Of a stretch of 64,000 bases of DNA, positions 9,049 through 19,437 are shown one piece after another; position 1 is the stretch's first letter, and every line of letters begins with the position of its first letter. The notes beneath the pieces were generated by a model. That model saw only the letters and a list, made by a program, of their open reading frames with translations, was not told where the DNA came from and searched no databases. The stretch covers positions 11,994-75,993 of the forward strand of contig JAPLDX010000034.1 in assembly GCA_026391215.1 (NCBI GenBank), written 5' to 3'. The translations under genes were made by a program, and so were the position numbers. Source of the DNA: Bacteroidia bacterium. GTDB taxonomy: Bacteria; Bacteroidota; Bacteroidia; Bacteroidales; VadinHA17.

Positions 9049-10791
9049 TCAGAACGATACGCTTGTTATTTTATTTGACACTGTAAATGTTTTCTTCAGT
9101 GTCCCCCCGGAATATGTGTCATTATAATAGATTCCATTTGTATTTGTTCCGGTCGAAGTTCCACCTGTGTAAATTGAATATGTTGAACCGTTTTTCAGAT
9201 CAGAGGAAGAAAACACTACGTAATACACGGACCTGACTGGTTTATATGTAACCAGGTTGTTTCCTGAGGCATCCTGAATATTAAAGAGAGTTGAGGAAGA
9301 CAATGTTGATGACATTGTAGCCTTTACACAATACTGTGCTGAAGAACTGGCCGGAACTTCTATCATATTTCCGGAATTTGGTCCTGCAGCTATAAGAAAT
9401 CCGCCTGAAACATTAAATGTTCCGTTAATATCGAATCCCACTTCCGGTGCTGACTGAGGCCCGTGAACGACTACAGTTCCACCCGTAAGATTAACATTCC
9501 CGTTACTGTCCAGACCATCCCCCTTGGAAGAGTTGACAACAATGGTTCCATCGTTAATGTTAAGAGAGCTGCCGTCATTTATTTCTGTAGCGCTTCCTTT
9601 TGTTGCATTGAAGCCGTCATCGGTTGAGACAAGCGACATATTTCCCCCATTAAAAATAATTGATGCGCTCTCAATACCCTCATAACATTTTGTAATATTA
9701 ATAGTTCCGTCATTTATCTCAATAGAAACATCGGCATGAATTGCATCATCTCCGGACGCAATTGAAAAAGTTCCATTGTTGATTTTAACTGAATTATTTG
9801 AATGTATGGCATCATCAGCCGAATTGATTGTGAATTTCCCTTTTTCAATAACCAGGCTTGCCAATGATTTGAGAGCTTTTGCAGATATTATCCCGGAATA
9901 ACCTCCTGATGTTCTTCCTCCGCCACCCGGACCTCCCCCGGTAGGAGTTGTCGTTAATGTTGTAGCTGCTCCTCCGCCTGTCGTTATAGTAAATGATCCA
10001 TCACCGATTATAAGATTACTCTGAGCGCTGATACCATCTCCTGAAGAAGTGATATTCACAATAGCACTGTCTATTGTAATATATCCAAGTGAAGCATCGC
10101 CCTCGTTATCCGAAGTCAGACCATCACCTTTTGCATTTATAATTATGTTTCCGTGCCGGATTACCAGGTAATCTTTCCCTCTTATGCCATCATCAGCGGA
10201 GGTAACTGAAATGGTTCCGCTCTTAATGATCATTCCGTCGTCAGTAGAAATACCGTCATTATAATTGCCTGTTACATTAAGCGATCCTCCTCCGAAAAAT
10301 GTCAGAAAGGCATTGCTGAACAATGCAGCATTTGGCTCATCTGTTGTTGAATATGATGCCCCATCTGAAAGATAGTTCTTGGTATCCTCTTTCAGGCAAA
10401 TAACAACTTTCTTTGCGTTCTTTACAAAGACCGGTGCGCTGGAAGAGGATTTGATGTCAATACCATCGAAAATAAGATTGACATTTTCTTCATCTTCTGT
10501 TTCCACAATTATCTGTCCGTCAGTCAGCGAACCTGTTATATTATATGTTCCTGCAGACTTAATTGTAACCTTGCTGCCGGAAACATCAGCAACCGACGGA
10601 ACAACTGAAATTGAGGTTCCGTTAAGGGTGATCTGGACAACTATCGATGTGTCAAACGAATAATCAGCGGGATCTTCCTCTTCAGGACTATCATCACCTG
10701 GCACGATTGTTTTTTCACATCCGGCCACCATTGCCAGAACAAGTATAGAAGCGACAATTAAGCTAAACTTATTTAAATTCATCATCTTCAT
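9049..10791 (-). CDS. Carbohydrate-binding beta-helix lipoprotein (Cthe_2159/DUF4353 family)
   Basis: Lipobox VAGC; VTIKSAGTYNITGSLTDGQIIV; repeated DDGI/DDAIH; GDGLDSNG. Confidence 0.85.
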   Translation of the reverse strand: MKMMNLNKFSLIVASILVLAMVAGCEKTIVPGDDSPEEEDPADYSFDTSIVVQITLNGTSISVVPSVADVSGSKVTIKSAGTYNITGSLTDGQIIVETEDEENVNLIFDGIDIKSSSSAPVFVKNAKKVVICLKEDTKNYLSDGASYSTTDEPNAALFSNAFLTFFGGGSLNVTGNYNDGISTDDGMIIKSGTISVTSADDGIRGKDYLVIRHGNIIINAKGDGLTSDNEGDASLGYITIDSAIVNITSSGDGISAQSNLIIGDGSFTITTGGGAATTLTTTPTGGGPGGGGRTSGGYSGIISAKALKSLASLVIEKGKFTINSADDAIHSNNSVKINNGTFSIASGDDAIHADVSIEINDGTINITKCYEGIESASIIFNGGNMSLVSTDDGFNATKGSATEINDGSSLNINDGTIVVNSSKGDGLDSNGNVNLTGGTVVVHGPQSAPEVGFDINGTFNVSGGFLIAAGPNSGNMIEVPASSSAQYCVKATMSSTLSSSTLFNIQDASGNNLVTYKPVRSVYYVVFSSSDLKNGSTYSIYTGGTSTGTNTNGIYYNDTYSGGTLKKTFTVSNKITSVSF

Positions 10792-10873
10792 TTAGTTGTA
10801 GTTATCTCCTGCAAGCAATAATACAGCCTGTTGATGTTTTTCCCTAACCAGAAATGGTCATTTATTCCTGTGA

Positions 10874-13147
10874 CTACAGATTAAAGGTATATGTATATTT
10901 CACCATCATTGCCCTTGAATAATAAACCGGCAGATTAGGGAGCTCACGGGTCAGATCTGTATTACGTCCTTCATTGAACACAAGGTAAAGATCATTCCCC
11001 TCTTTCGGATTATACCTTATCCTGAGATTTGTAACGATTTCATGTACGGATTTATTGTACTGCACAAATGCATTGACTGAAAACTTTGTATTTAACATAT
11101 AAAGAGCCTTAAGTCCAAACAAATGGTTGGTCCATTTTATATCTCTTTTGCTGATATTTACATGATCAAAACTATAAGTTCCGCCAAGCTCAAAGTGTTT
11201 TGAGATATTCCATGTTGGCTCCAGGCGTAATGAAAACCTTGCACCATCATAAAACTGTCCGGTCTCAGTTATCGATATAACATAAAATGGCTTTGACATT
11301 GGTGTAACAAGTACGCCCATGAAATTAATATACTTATACTTACCAGGATTGATATATAGTTCGTTAGGGCTGATTTCAAGGCTGTCCCTCAGGTTATCAA
11401 TATTGTAAACCAGGTTAAGCTCTCCCTGCCACTGGTTCTTTGTCTGGAATGACCAGCCAGTGAAATTTGTCAGGGTCATCATAGAGCCATCATCAATATA
11501 TGCCCTGTAAAACATTCTGCTTTGCGGGGAATGGCTGTAGATCTTTGAATTTTCGCCCGGAATCCATCCGTAACGAAGTTCCCCCATTACAGAGGCATAA
11601 TCATCTATCATTTCAAAGCCAATACCAGGATTGAAATTGACCCCTGACTGAGTATATCCAAGTTCATAGCCCAGACCTTTATTAGCCCTTCTTTGCCAGC
11701 TTATTGTAAGGAGGGAATTATCTTTAATAGAATTGTTATTTGTGGAGTCTTCAAAAGTCTGGCTCCATTTAATATCCAGGTAATCATCACCGAAGAGACG
11801 GAGAATACCATCAATGCCATAAGCAGCATTGTACGATCCGTCTGCTCCCAGCCGGCTGGTCGCCATAGCACCTATATAGGTGTTTTCATTTATGACCTGA
11901 CGTCTTAATCTTAAGACCCCGAAGTTTTCTGAAGGTAGGATCACGCTTCTTATACCGGCAGAATTTTTCTGCCAAAGTGGTGCTGTCTGCATATCCATTA
12001 AACCAACATCCCACTTTTTTAATCGGCCAGTCAACCGGGCACCTCCGTAAATCCGTACTGGATCGCCATCATCACTTAAACCTATGCGGCGGCTGTAAAA
12101 AATATTATCATTGCCACCTATACTGAAATCGAAAACGCTGGCACGTTCCAGGAAAAACAACCGCTTTTCAGGAAAATAAAGCGAAAAGCGAGTAAGATTT
12201 ACCTGCTGATCATCAGCTTCAACCTGCGCAAAGTCAGTATTTGCCGTGAGATCCAGAACAAGATTACTGGTGATACCATATTTTACATCCAATCCAGCTT
12301 CATATACAGGCTTTCCAGACTTATCGTACGTCGTTTCATCATCATTGATATCGTATTTGCTTTCATAGCCTACAAGAGCATAGGGAGCAATATAAAGAGG
12401 TTTACTGGGTTTTACTCCCCGAAGCACAATTTCCTGTGCCTGTGATGGTTTAATAACTGAAAAATCACCCCAATTGGGAGGGATTGCAGGATAAAGATCA
12501 GTTTCATTTTTGGATGGGATCCATCTTTGGATTATTAAGCCCATCCTTACCTCACCAATGAGTTCCTGAAACCTGAGACTGGAAAGCGGAATTCTTATTT
12601 CAGTACACCAGCCTCCGGAATGTTTTTGTGTCATCACATCCCAGAATGTGTTCCAGCTTATATTCATCGGCATCTGATCAGGCTGATTCACTACTGCGTC
12701 TCTCTGAATACCTGCATCAAATCGCAAGCCCTCTGGCGAGGTAAAAAACGCCAGTCCATTCTCTTTATCATTATATGTATCGAGAGTAAAACCTATCATA
12801 TCACTGCCCTGTCCCAAATAGTCCCTTTTATAACTTGCAGACTTTATCATGGAAGGATCCTTATAGTAAAGCCATATTCCGGCATACAGATACTTATCGT
12901 CATATGCCATACGGAAATCAGTTTCCTCAGTAGGTTCTTTCCCAAAGACTGGAGCAAACATAATCAGCTTTATCGGTTCAATAGATTTCCAGGCTTCCTC
13001 GTCAGGGATTCCGTCGAAAAGGAGAGGATGAGATAATCTGTTGATCACTAAAGCCTGTTTTCGGGAGAGAATTGAATCAGATTGTCCCGAAACGATTAAT
13101 GCCGGGCAGATCAATAACAACAAAAATAACAGGTATCTGAGGTTCAT
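10874..13147 (-). CDS. CBM9-like plus DUF5916 outer-membrane protein
   Basis: DGIPDEEAW, AYDDKYLY, EIRIPLSSLRF, NTDFAQVEAD, FPEKRLFFLE, FYSRRIG; aromatic C-terminus YTYTFNL. Confidence 0.85.
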   Translation of the reverse strand: MNLRYLLFLLLLICPALIVSGQSDSILSRKQALVINRLSHPLLFDGIPDEEAWKSIEPIKLIMFAPVFGKEPTEETDFRMAYDDKYLYAGIWLYYKDPSMIKSASYKRDYLGQGSDMIGFTLDTYNDKENGLAFFTSPEGLRFDAGIQRDAVVNQPDQMPMNISWNTFWDVMTQKHSGGWCTEIRIPLSSLRFQELIGEVRMGLIIQRWIPSKNETDLYPAIPPNWGDFSVIKPSQAQEIVLRGVKPSKPLYIAPYALVGYESKYDINDDETTYDKSGKPVYEAGLDVKYGITSNLVLDLTANTDFAQVEADDQQVNLTRFSLYFPEKRLFFLERASVFDFSIGGNDNIFYSRRIGLSDDGDPVRIYGGARLTGRLKKWDVGLMDMQTAPLWQKNSAGIRSVILPSENFGVLRLRRQVINENTYIGAMATSRLGADGSYNAAYGIDGILRLFGDDYLDIKWSQTFEDSTNNNSIKDNSLLTISWQRRANKGLGYELGYTQSGVNFNPGIGFEMIDDYASVMGELRYGWIPGENSKIYSHSPQSRMFYRAYIDDGSMMTLTNFTGWSFQTKNQWQGELNLVYNIDNLRDSLEISPNELYINPGKYKYINFMGVLVTPMSKPFYVISITETGQFYDGARFSLRLEPTWNISKHFELGGTYSFDHVNISKRDIKWTNHLFGLKALYMLNTKFSVNAFVQYNKSVHEIVTNLRIRYNPKEGNDLYLVFNEGRNTDLTRELPNLPVYYSRAMMVKYTYTFNL

Positions 13148-13231
13148 TATTTACCGGTTCTATTAACAGGATGCCAAAGATATTAAAAAACTGAAAAAGA
13201 CAAAACAGCAAGAATAATCAATAAAATTCAA

Positions 13232-14884
13232 TCAGTACTTAAGGATCTGTCCATTCTCTTGCAGCTTATCTTTAATCTCTTTATAATCAAGGTCATGAAT
13301 ACCTTTTCTCTTTACAATTGCCAGTGAAGCAACAGTACCTGCACTCTGACCAAGTATCATAAAGACAGGCTCCATCCTTATGGAACCAAAGGCTATATGT
13401 GAACTTGAGACACAAACCGGAACCAGCAGATTATTACATTCATTCTTTCTGGGCATTAAAGCACCCAAATCAATCTGATAAGGCTTATCAGGCCCGACTC
13501 CAAGATCCCCTTCATTCTGAACAAATCCCTCGGGGGTAACATATCTCTGGACGTTATGGGAATCCATTGTATAGGAACCCATTCCAACAGGTCTGGGAAC
13601 ATCTCTTTTCCCCAATACATCATTCTCAGTCATAACATATTCGCCTATCATCCTTCGCGCTTCCCTCACATAGATATTATATGGCCAGTTGCCATTATCA
13701 ATGAATTCATCCTTAGCATATCCCCATTTGTTCATTGTTTCCCTGACTTCTGAAGGAATGCGATTATCAGTTGTCATAAAAAAGAGCAATCCCTTCTGAT
13801 AGGTCTCATGTTCTTTTATGATCTCCTTTCTTCTTTCATAAGATGCTTCCGGGTAATCCCAGTTCATACCAATGTTGTCATAACTGAATGGGCCATGATT
13901 ATTAACATCGGTTTTAAGATTAGGTATGGGATCATATTTCCCGAAAAACTCATTCCACCTGGTTTCTGACAGCCTTACAAGCAGCTCATATTGTGTTGAG
14001 TCATATCCCTCGGGTTTTGTGATCAGGACTTTGTTTTCAGGATTTTGTGTAAGGCAAAGTCTGAAGCAATACGCCTGGATCTTATTGTCTCCTGTACCGT
14101 TTTCCCCGGGGATATCCGATGAAATGCGGGGAAGAAGTCCGCTTGACGGATCTCCCGGGATTTTATAAGGATCTATATTATCCTTAAACCAGTGACCATG
14201 ATGGAACACTCCTTTCTGCACTCCGTTCCAGTTTTCATTATAAACGCTGTTTGATTCACGACCTACATTGTACTTTACACCTGCTGCTGCCATAAGATCT
14301 CCCTCATAAGTAGCATCAATGAATATCTTTCCTTTAAATATTTTCCCGCTCAGTGTCTCTATTGAAGTAATTGAATTGTTTTTCTTTTTAACTCCTGTTT
14401 CCCTGTTCAGCAATTCATCCCTGAAAACCCTGATTTTATTATTGGCGATCATTTTCTCAAAAGCCTCTTCTGCAACATGTGGTTCAAAGATCCATTGAGT
14501 TCGTTTTTCTCCGTCGATGGCAGGATTGCCCTGTCCTGTGTTCCCATAATCGGATTGTTTTTGCCAGTTCCACGATTCAGGCTTCTCATAGTGCTGAAAT
14601 ATAAGCTGGTAGAATTCTCTGGCAAGGCCTCCGATTACTTCTTTGTTTCCAGTATCGGTAAAACCCAACCCTGATGAAGAAAGGCCGCCAATATGCTTAT
14701 CGGGAGAAACAATAATGACAGATCTTCCCATCCTGACAATCTGAACTGCAGTAGTCACCGCTGAGGAAGTGCCGCCATAGACAATTATGTCAGCCTTAAA
14801 TGTTTCAACAGTTTTATTATTCCGGCACTGAATTGCTGATAAAAAAAATACCGGAAGAAGCAATGAAAATAATCTGTATCTCAT
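13232..14884 (-). CDS. FAD-dependent oxidoreductase (PF12831-like), probable lipoprotein
   Basis: DIIVYGGTSS, GGLSSSGLG, FIDATYEGDLMAAAG, YVREARRM, SSSHIAFGSIRMEPVFM. Confidence 0.88.
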   Translation of the reverse strand: MRYRLFSLLLPVFFLSAIQCRNNKTVETFKADIIVYGGTSSAVTTAVQIVRMGRSVIIVSPDKHIGGLSSSGLGFTDTGNKEVIGGLAREFYQLIFQHYEKPESWNWQKQSDYGNTGQGNPAIDGEKRTQWIFEPHVAEEAFEKMIANNKIRVFRDELLNRETGVKKKNNSITSIETLSGKIFKGKIFIDATYEGDLMAAAGVKYNVGRESNSVYNENWNGVQKGVFHHGHWFKDNIDPYKIPGDPSSGLLPRISSDIPGENGTGDNKIQAYCFRLCLTQNPENKVLITKPEGYDSTQYELLVRLSETRWNEFFGKYDPIPNLKTDVNNHGPFSYDNIGMNWDYPEASYERRKEIIKEHETYQKGLLFFMTTDNRIPSEVRETMNKWGYAKDEFIDNGNWPYNIYVREARRMIGEYVMTENDVLGKRDVPRPVGMGSYTMDSHNVQRYVTPEGFVQNEGDLGVGPDKPYQIDLGALMPRKNECNNLLVPVCVSSSHIAFGSIRMEPVFMILGQSAGTVASLAIVKRKGIHDLDYKEIKDKLQENGQILKY

Positions 14885-15678
14885 AGTTGCATTTTATCCT
14901 TTTTTGGAAACCAGGGGATGAATGAACTGGTTTTCGCAATATATTCTTTGTATTGGGGCTTTTGTTCCTTAAGATTTTTTTCAAGCAGCGCCACTCCGGA
15001 AACCTTAATTATCAGAAGAGTCATAAGGACCGATCCCAGCGCTGGTAACCAGCTTCCTGAGGCAAGGCACAAAAAGCCAAAACCCCACCATACAGATGAG
15101 TCTCCGAAATAATTCGGATGTCGTGTGTAACGCCAGAATCCAGAATCCAGAACTTTTCCCCTGTTAGCTGGATTGGATTTGAAAACCGCAAGCTGCCAGT
15201 CCCCTCCGGCTTCAAATGCTATGCCTATGATCCAAAAAATAATCCCTGTCCAATCTAAGAAATTCAAAGCTTTATTTTGCCCGTAATACTGAGCTCCGAG
15301 CAGAGGTGCAGATATGAGCCACATTAGAATGCCCTGCAAAAGAAATGTCTGAAAGAAGCTTATCCACCAGTATCTTTTTTCGCCATAGTTCTGACGAAAT
15401 TGCCTGTATCTGAAATCCTCTCCTTTCCCATAGTTTCTCCAGGTAAGATAGATTGAAAGACGAAAGCCCCAGGCAGCTGCAAGAGACATAACAATTATTT
15501 TCCGTAAGTTATAACCATCACTGTTCAGGAAATAAAACACGGATACAAGTACAAAGCCAAATCCCCAAAAGAGATCAACAATACTGACATTTTTCTTAAT
15601 GACGCTGATAATCCATAGCAAAGTCATCATTATAAGGATGACTGCAAATGCCTGCAGATAAATCTGGAAAAAAGTCAT
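14881..15678 (-). CDS. DUF1295 family membrane protein (steroid 5-alpha-reductase-like)
   Basis: SIVDLFWG, WGFRL, EDFRY, GFWRYTRHPNYFGD, Y..Y...TSSFIPW; likely start MTFFQ at 15678. Confidence 0.88.
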   Translation of the reverse strand: MTFFQIYLQAFAVILIMMTLLWIISVIKKNVSIVDLFWGFGFVLVSVFYFLNSDGYNLRKIIVMSLAAAWGFRLSIYLTWRNYGKGEDFRYRQFRQNYGEKRYWWISFFQTFLLQGILMWLISAPLLGAQYYGQNKALNFLDWTGIIFWIIGIAFEAGGDWQLAVFKSNPANRGKVLDSGFWRYTRHPNYFGDSSVWWGFGFLCLASGSWLPALGSVLMTLLIIKVSGVALLEKNLKEQKPQYKEYIAKTSSFIPWFPKKDKMQL

Positions 15679-15685
15679 GACAGGA

Positions 15686-17497
15686 TTATTCATAGAGAAT
15701 AGCAACTGATGCAGCACCGACACCAGAATTGGCTCCAATTACAGGAGATATATTGACAACGGAAACAGGCTTTTTCCCGGTCAGTATCTCCATTTTTTCA
15801 GAATACCAGGCAGCTGCATTTTCATTATTGGCATGAAGAACAATATAGTTCCATATTTTTTCCCCTGGGCGGGCTGATAAAATATGCTTCATTACCTTTT
15901 CCATATTTGTTTTCTGGTTAAAAGCCTTATCGAATACTATTGCTTTTCCGGTTTCATCAAGTGAAACAATAGGATTGATATTCAATATTCTGGCAATTAG
16001 TCCTTTGACGGCGGAAACCCGGCCTCCGCGAACCATATATTTCAATGTTCTGACGCTCACCAGGATCCTGGCCTTAGTGATCCATTTCTCCGTTTGTGCA
16101 ACGACCTCATCGTGTGACATGCCGGTTTCAATAGCCTGTGCTGCCCTCAGGATTATCAATCCCAGCGCACCTGAAAGATTCCTGGAATTCAATACAGTCA
16201 CCGGCTTGTTAAATTCACTGCTGACTGATCTTGCTGCTTTCAAGCTACTGTTATATGTACCGCTAAGCTGATCGCTAAGATGAACTGCTATTATGGAATC
16301 ATAATGTGAAGCCAGATGTGAATAGAGATTGATGAAAGCAGTCTCATTGATCTGGGAAGTTTTCGGGTAATCAGGACATTCATCAAGCATTTTATAAAAC
16401 TGGTTGGGCTGAATGGTCACCTTATCAAGGTAGTGATTCTCTCCAAAGCTTATACTTAACGGAAGTATGTTGATCTGGTAATGATCAATAAGTTCCTGGG
16501 AAAGGTCGCATGTTGAGTCTGTCACAAGGGCTATTTTCCATTTTCTGGCATAGACAGCCTGGCTCTGACGGATCATATCGTCAGCTTTCTGGAATGTCAG
16601 GGTCCCTGCATATCTCAGCTCATTGAAAAGTTCGGCAGGAGTATTTGTGTGAATATGGATCCTTCTGATTTTATCGGAACCGGCAATAACAATTGAATCT
16701 CCAAATCCTGACAGAGTTCTTTTCAAGGCATCATTGTCAATAGTACTATTCTTTATAATTGCTTCAGTGCAATACCTGAAATCAACTTTTTCTGCCACCA
16801 CCTCTTCAATCTTTGGAAAAGAAGCTGTTTCAGCTTTTGAAAGGATCAGCTCTTTTAAATTTCTTGAATGAATAAATTCTATGATCCCTTCAACAAAAAG
16901 GACAAATCCTTTTGCTCCCGCATCAACGACATTATTTTTTGCCAGGATCTTCAGCTTTGATGTTGTCTCCATGAGGGATTTCTTAAGAACCTCATAAGAG
17001 CTGACAAGCAGATGATTAAAATCACTGAATTTGTGCCAGGTCTGGTAAATATATTCCGCCCATTCCTTGATGACAGTCAGCATAGTGCCTTCAACCGGAT
17101 TGGCGACGGCTTCATAGACATACTTTACCGATCGCTGAATGCTTTCAGCAAATTGCTTAAGGGTAATGGATTTTTGGTCACCGATTTCAATGCTGAGGCC
17201 GTAAAAGAACTGGGCAAAGATTATTCCCGAATTTCCCCTGGCATTCAGAAGGGTTGCTTCTGCTATCCTGTCTGCTGTTATTTTATATGACCTGTTAGGA
17301 TGAAGGGATTCTATTACTGATCTGATCGTTGAAGCAAGATTGGTACCTGTATCTCCGTCATTGACAGGAAACACATTGATCTTGTTAAGCTCAACCTGGT
17401 GTTCAATAACTTTTTTTGCCCCGGCTATAAATGTGTAATAAAGATTACGTCCATCCATTCTTTCCATCGGGGCGGGGACAAGTGTCATTCTATTCAT
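15686..17497 (-). CDS. DAK2-DegV fusion (FakA-like kinase domain plus FakB/DegV fatty-acid-binding domain)
   Basis: LNKINVFPVNDGDTGTNL, ARGNSG, PVEGTMLTV, VVDAGAKG, YCTE, HIHT (FakA); LVTDSTCDL, KTSQ, LSGTY, GGRVS (DegV). Confidence 0.9.
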   Translation of the reverse strand: MNRMTLVPAPMERMDGRNLYYTFIAGAKKVIEHQVELNKINVFPVNDGDTGTNLASTIRSVIESLHPNRSYKITADRIAEATLLNARGNSGIIFAQFFYGLSIEIGDQKSITLKQFAESIQRSVKYVYEAVANPVEGTMLTVIKEWAEYIYQTWHKFSDFNHLLVSSYEVLKKSLMETTSKLKILAKNNVVDAGAKGFVLFVEGIIEFIHSRNLKELILSKAETASFPKIEEVVAEKVDFRYCTEAIIKNSTIDNDALKRTLSGFGDSIVIAGSDKIRRIHIHTNTPAELFNELRYAGTLTFQKADDMIRQSQAVYARKWKIALVTDSTCDLSQELIDHYQINILPLSISFGENHYLDKVTIQPNQFYKMLDECPDYPKTSQINETAFINLYSHLASHYDSIIAVHLSDQLSGTYNSSLKAARSVSSEFNKPVTVLNSRNLSGALGLIILRAAQAIETGMSHDEVVAQTEKWITKARILVSVRTLKYMVRGGRVSAVKGLIARILNINPIVSLDETGKAIVFDKAFNQKTNMEKVMKHILSARPGEKIWNYIVLHANNENAAAWYSEKMEILTGKKPVSVVNISPVIGANSGVGAASVAILYE

Positions 17498-17509
17498 CAA
17501 CTAGTGTTG

Positions 17510-17517
17510 CAAAGATA
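17510..17517 (-). promoter_or_regulatory. Bacteroidota -7 promoter box upstream of the DAK2-DegV operon
   Basis: CAAAGATA on plus = TATCTTTG on minus. Confidence 0.5.
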
Positions 17518-17549
17518 CGAAATAAACAACAGTCAGGTTTACAGTTTGT

Positions 17550-18428
17550 TCAGAGTCTCTGATATACCCTTACCCAATCGACTTCAAAAGTAATAGGGGA
17601 TTTGCTTTTAGACGGATCTCCGCCGTTGGCTCCAATAGCAAGGTTAAGAAGAAGATAATGGGGCTGAAGAAAAGGGTTGAAACCGTCAGGATTTACGGTT
17701 TCGCTTGTAAGGACCTCATTAATAAGCTGATTATCGAGAAAGATCTTGATGGATATACTATCCCAATCGAGTCTCCAGATATGAAATTTTCTGATCCATT
17801 CAGTGTCATTTGTTGTAAAATCGGATAATGGTTTTTTGAGATCATCCCATTTTGCGACATATTGTTTTCCTGTTCCCCAGGCAAAATTGGCCAGTATTGT
17901 CGGAATACTCTTAATTCTGTAGAACTCCATGATATCTATTTCGCCTCCTGAGGGCCAGCCTCCATCAAGACCCAGTGTCCATATAGCAGGCCAGGAACCG
18001 CATGAAGTGTCAATCCTGGCACGGATCTCAAACCGTCCGAACTGCCATTGATGAAGCCCCCGGGTCTGAATGCTTGAAGATGTGTATTCAGCATACTGCC
18101 TGGATGTCTTCCAGTCGGTACTTCCTGCAACATAATATGGATTTCTGATTTTTTCATTTTTCCCTTCAATTATCAGCACTCCTTCGGTTATTTTAGCATT
18201 ATTTGGCTGATACCACTGAAGCTCCTGGTTCCTTACAAATCCGATCTCATATCTCCATGATGAAGGATGAGGTTTAGCTTCTTCATTAAACTCCTCATTC
18301 CATACCAGCGTCATTCCTTCTCTTCCAGGAGGATTACCGAAATCAGGCTTATACGGATCAGCTTTCTGAGGGAATAAGTTCAACATTACAAAAAATATAA
18401 AACTGAAAAGCAGCAGCACTTTTTTCAT
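17550..18428 (-). CDS. Glycoside hydrolase family 16 (laminarinase-like)
   Basis: Signal peptide; WPAIWTLG, WPSGGEIDIMEF (ExDxxE), PF..PHYLLLNLAIG, VDWVRVYQ. Confidence 0.92.
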   Translation of the reverse strand: MKKVLLLFSFIFFVMLNLFPQKADPYKPDFGNPPGREGMTLVWNEEFNEEAKPHPSSWRYEIGFVRNQELQWYQPNNAKITEGVLIIEGKNEKIRNPYYVAGSTDWKTSRQYAEYTSSSIQTRGLHQWQFGRFEIRARIDTSCGSWPAIWTLGLDGGWPSGGEIDIMEFYRIKSIPTILANFAWGTGKQYVAKWDDLKKPLSDFTTNDTEWIRKFHIWRLDWDSISIKIFLDNQLINEVLTSETVNPDGFNPFLQPHYLLLNLAIGANGGDPSKSKSPITFEVDWVRVYQRL

Positions 18429-18438
18429 GGTATATCAG

Positions 18439-19158
18439 TTAAAAATTTGCAATACCCAGCATTATCCCGAACCATGGTTTATTGTTATAAATCCAGATGC
18501 TCTTATTATTGTCAAGAAGATTATCAAATCCGACAGCAAGTCCAATTGACATATTTTCATAAGTGGCAAATGCCGAAATTCCTTTTTGAAAAACTATCCC
18601 GTCATATTCCTGGGAAATATTGTTTTCCGTAACAGTTGGATTAATTGGTGCGATTCCGATTCCTGCAAATAAACCGAAATCAAAACCTGTATGTCTGATA
18701 AAAGTCTTTATTTCATTGATTTTAGTAAGGTTGGATTTTATTTTGAAATAATCTTTCCTGAATCCTGTATAAAAAACGCCGTTGATATTTGTATTGAGCT
18801 GGGAGGGCACATCAGCTGTACCTGGCCGGTATTTAAGGAGCACTGTTGAAAGATCTATATCAACGGATGTTCTTATAAAAGTACTATTATGCATATCATT
18901 TCCCGGTCCGAGGGAGCTTATTTGATGACTCTTTGAAAGAGATAAATCAATCCCCGCGGATTTCACATTATCAGTTAACGGAAATACTGTTATTGTATCT
19001 TCATTCATATTCAGATAAACTTTTTCGGAATTTGTATCGGGTGCTTTTAACCTATAATACCCTGAACTGAATTCGTGAGAATAAATTTCATCAAGAGGTG
19101 CACATCCTGCAGCAATAAAAAAAATGACTATGCAATTGATAAGTCTGACTCTTTTCAT
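18439..19158 (-). CDS. Hypothetical lipoprotein with a beta-rich C-terminus
   Basis: Lipobox AAGC; C-terminal WIYNNKPWFGIMLG. Confidence 0.65.
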   Translation of the reverse strand: MKRVRLINCIVIFFIAAGCAPLDEIYSHEFSSGYYRLKAPDTNSEKVYLNMNEDTITVFPLTDNVKSAGIDLSLSKSHQISSLGPGNDMHNSTFIRTSVDIDLSTVLLKYRPGTADVPSQLNTNINGVFYTGFRKDYFKIKSNLTKINEIKTFIRHTGFDFGLFAGIGIAPINPTVTENNISQEYDGIVFQKGISAFATYENMSIGLAVGFDNLLDNNKSIWIYNNKPWFGIMLGIANF

Positions 19159-19177
19159 AGAGTGCAATGTACAATAT

Positions 19178-19385
19178 TTAAAAAATAAATGAATCTGTTT
19201 TATCGATCTTTTTGTCCGGTAAAGTACCGCACTGAACTGTTTTAAAATCAGTTACATCTTTAAGAATGAATACAGGAGCCTTCCCGACCTTGTCAATCCA
19301 TTGCCAATGATCCAGCCATGGCCTGTTATTGATATATTTTCAAGATAAACACGAATAATGATAGTGAGATCAATACTTTATTCAT
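19178..19385 (-). pseudogene. Collapsed remnant of a GH28-like gene
   Basis: Three fragments in different frames: signal-like MNKVLISLSLFV, LENISITGHGWIIGNGLTRSG (compare NIGITGKGVIDGQG in the intact GH28 at 35779..37263), and KAPVFILKDVTDFKTVQCGTLPDKKIDKTDSFIF*. Confidence 0.55.
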
Positions 19386-19437
19386 AGCTAAGTATTTATT
19401 AAATTTTCTGATCCAATATTGTCAGAAGGATAATTGT

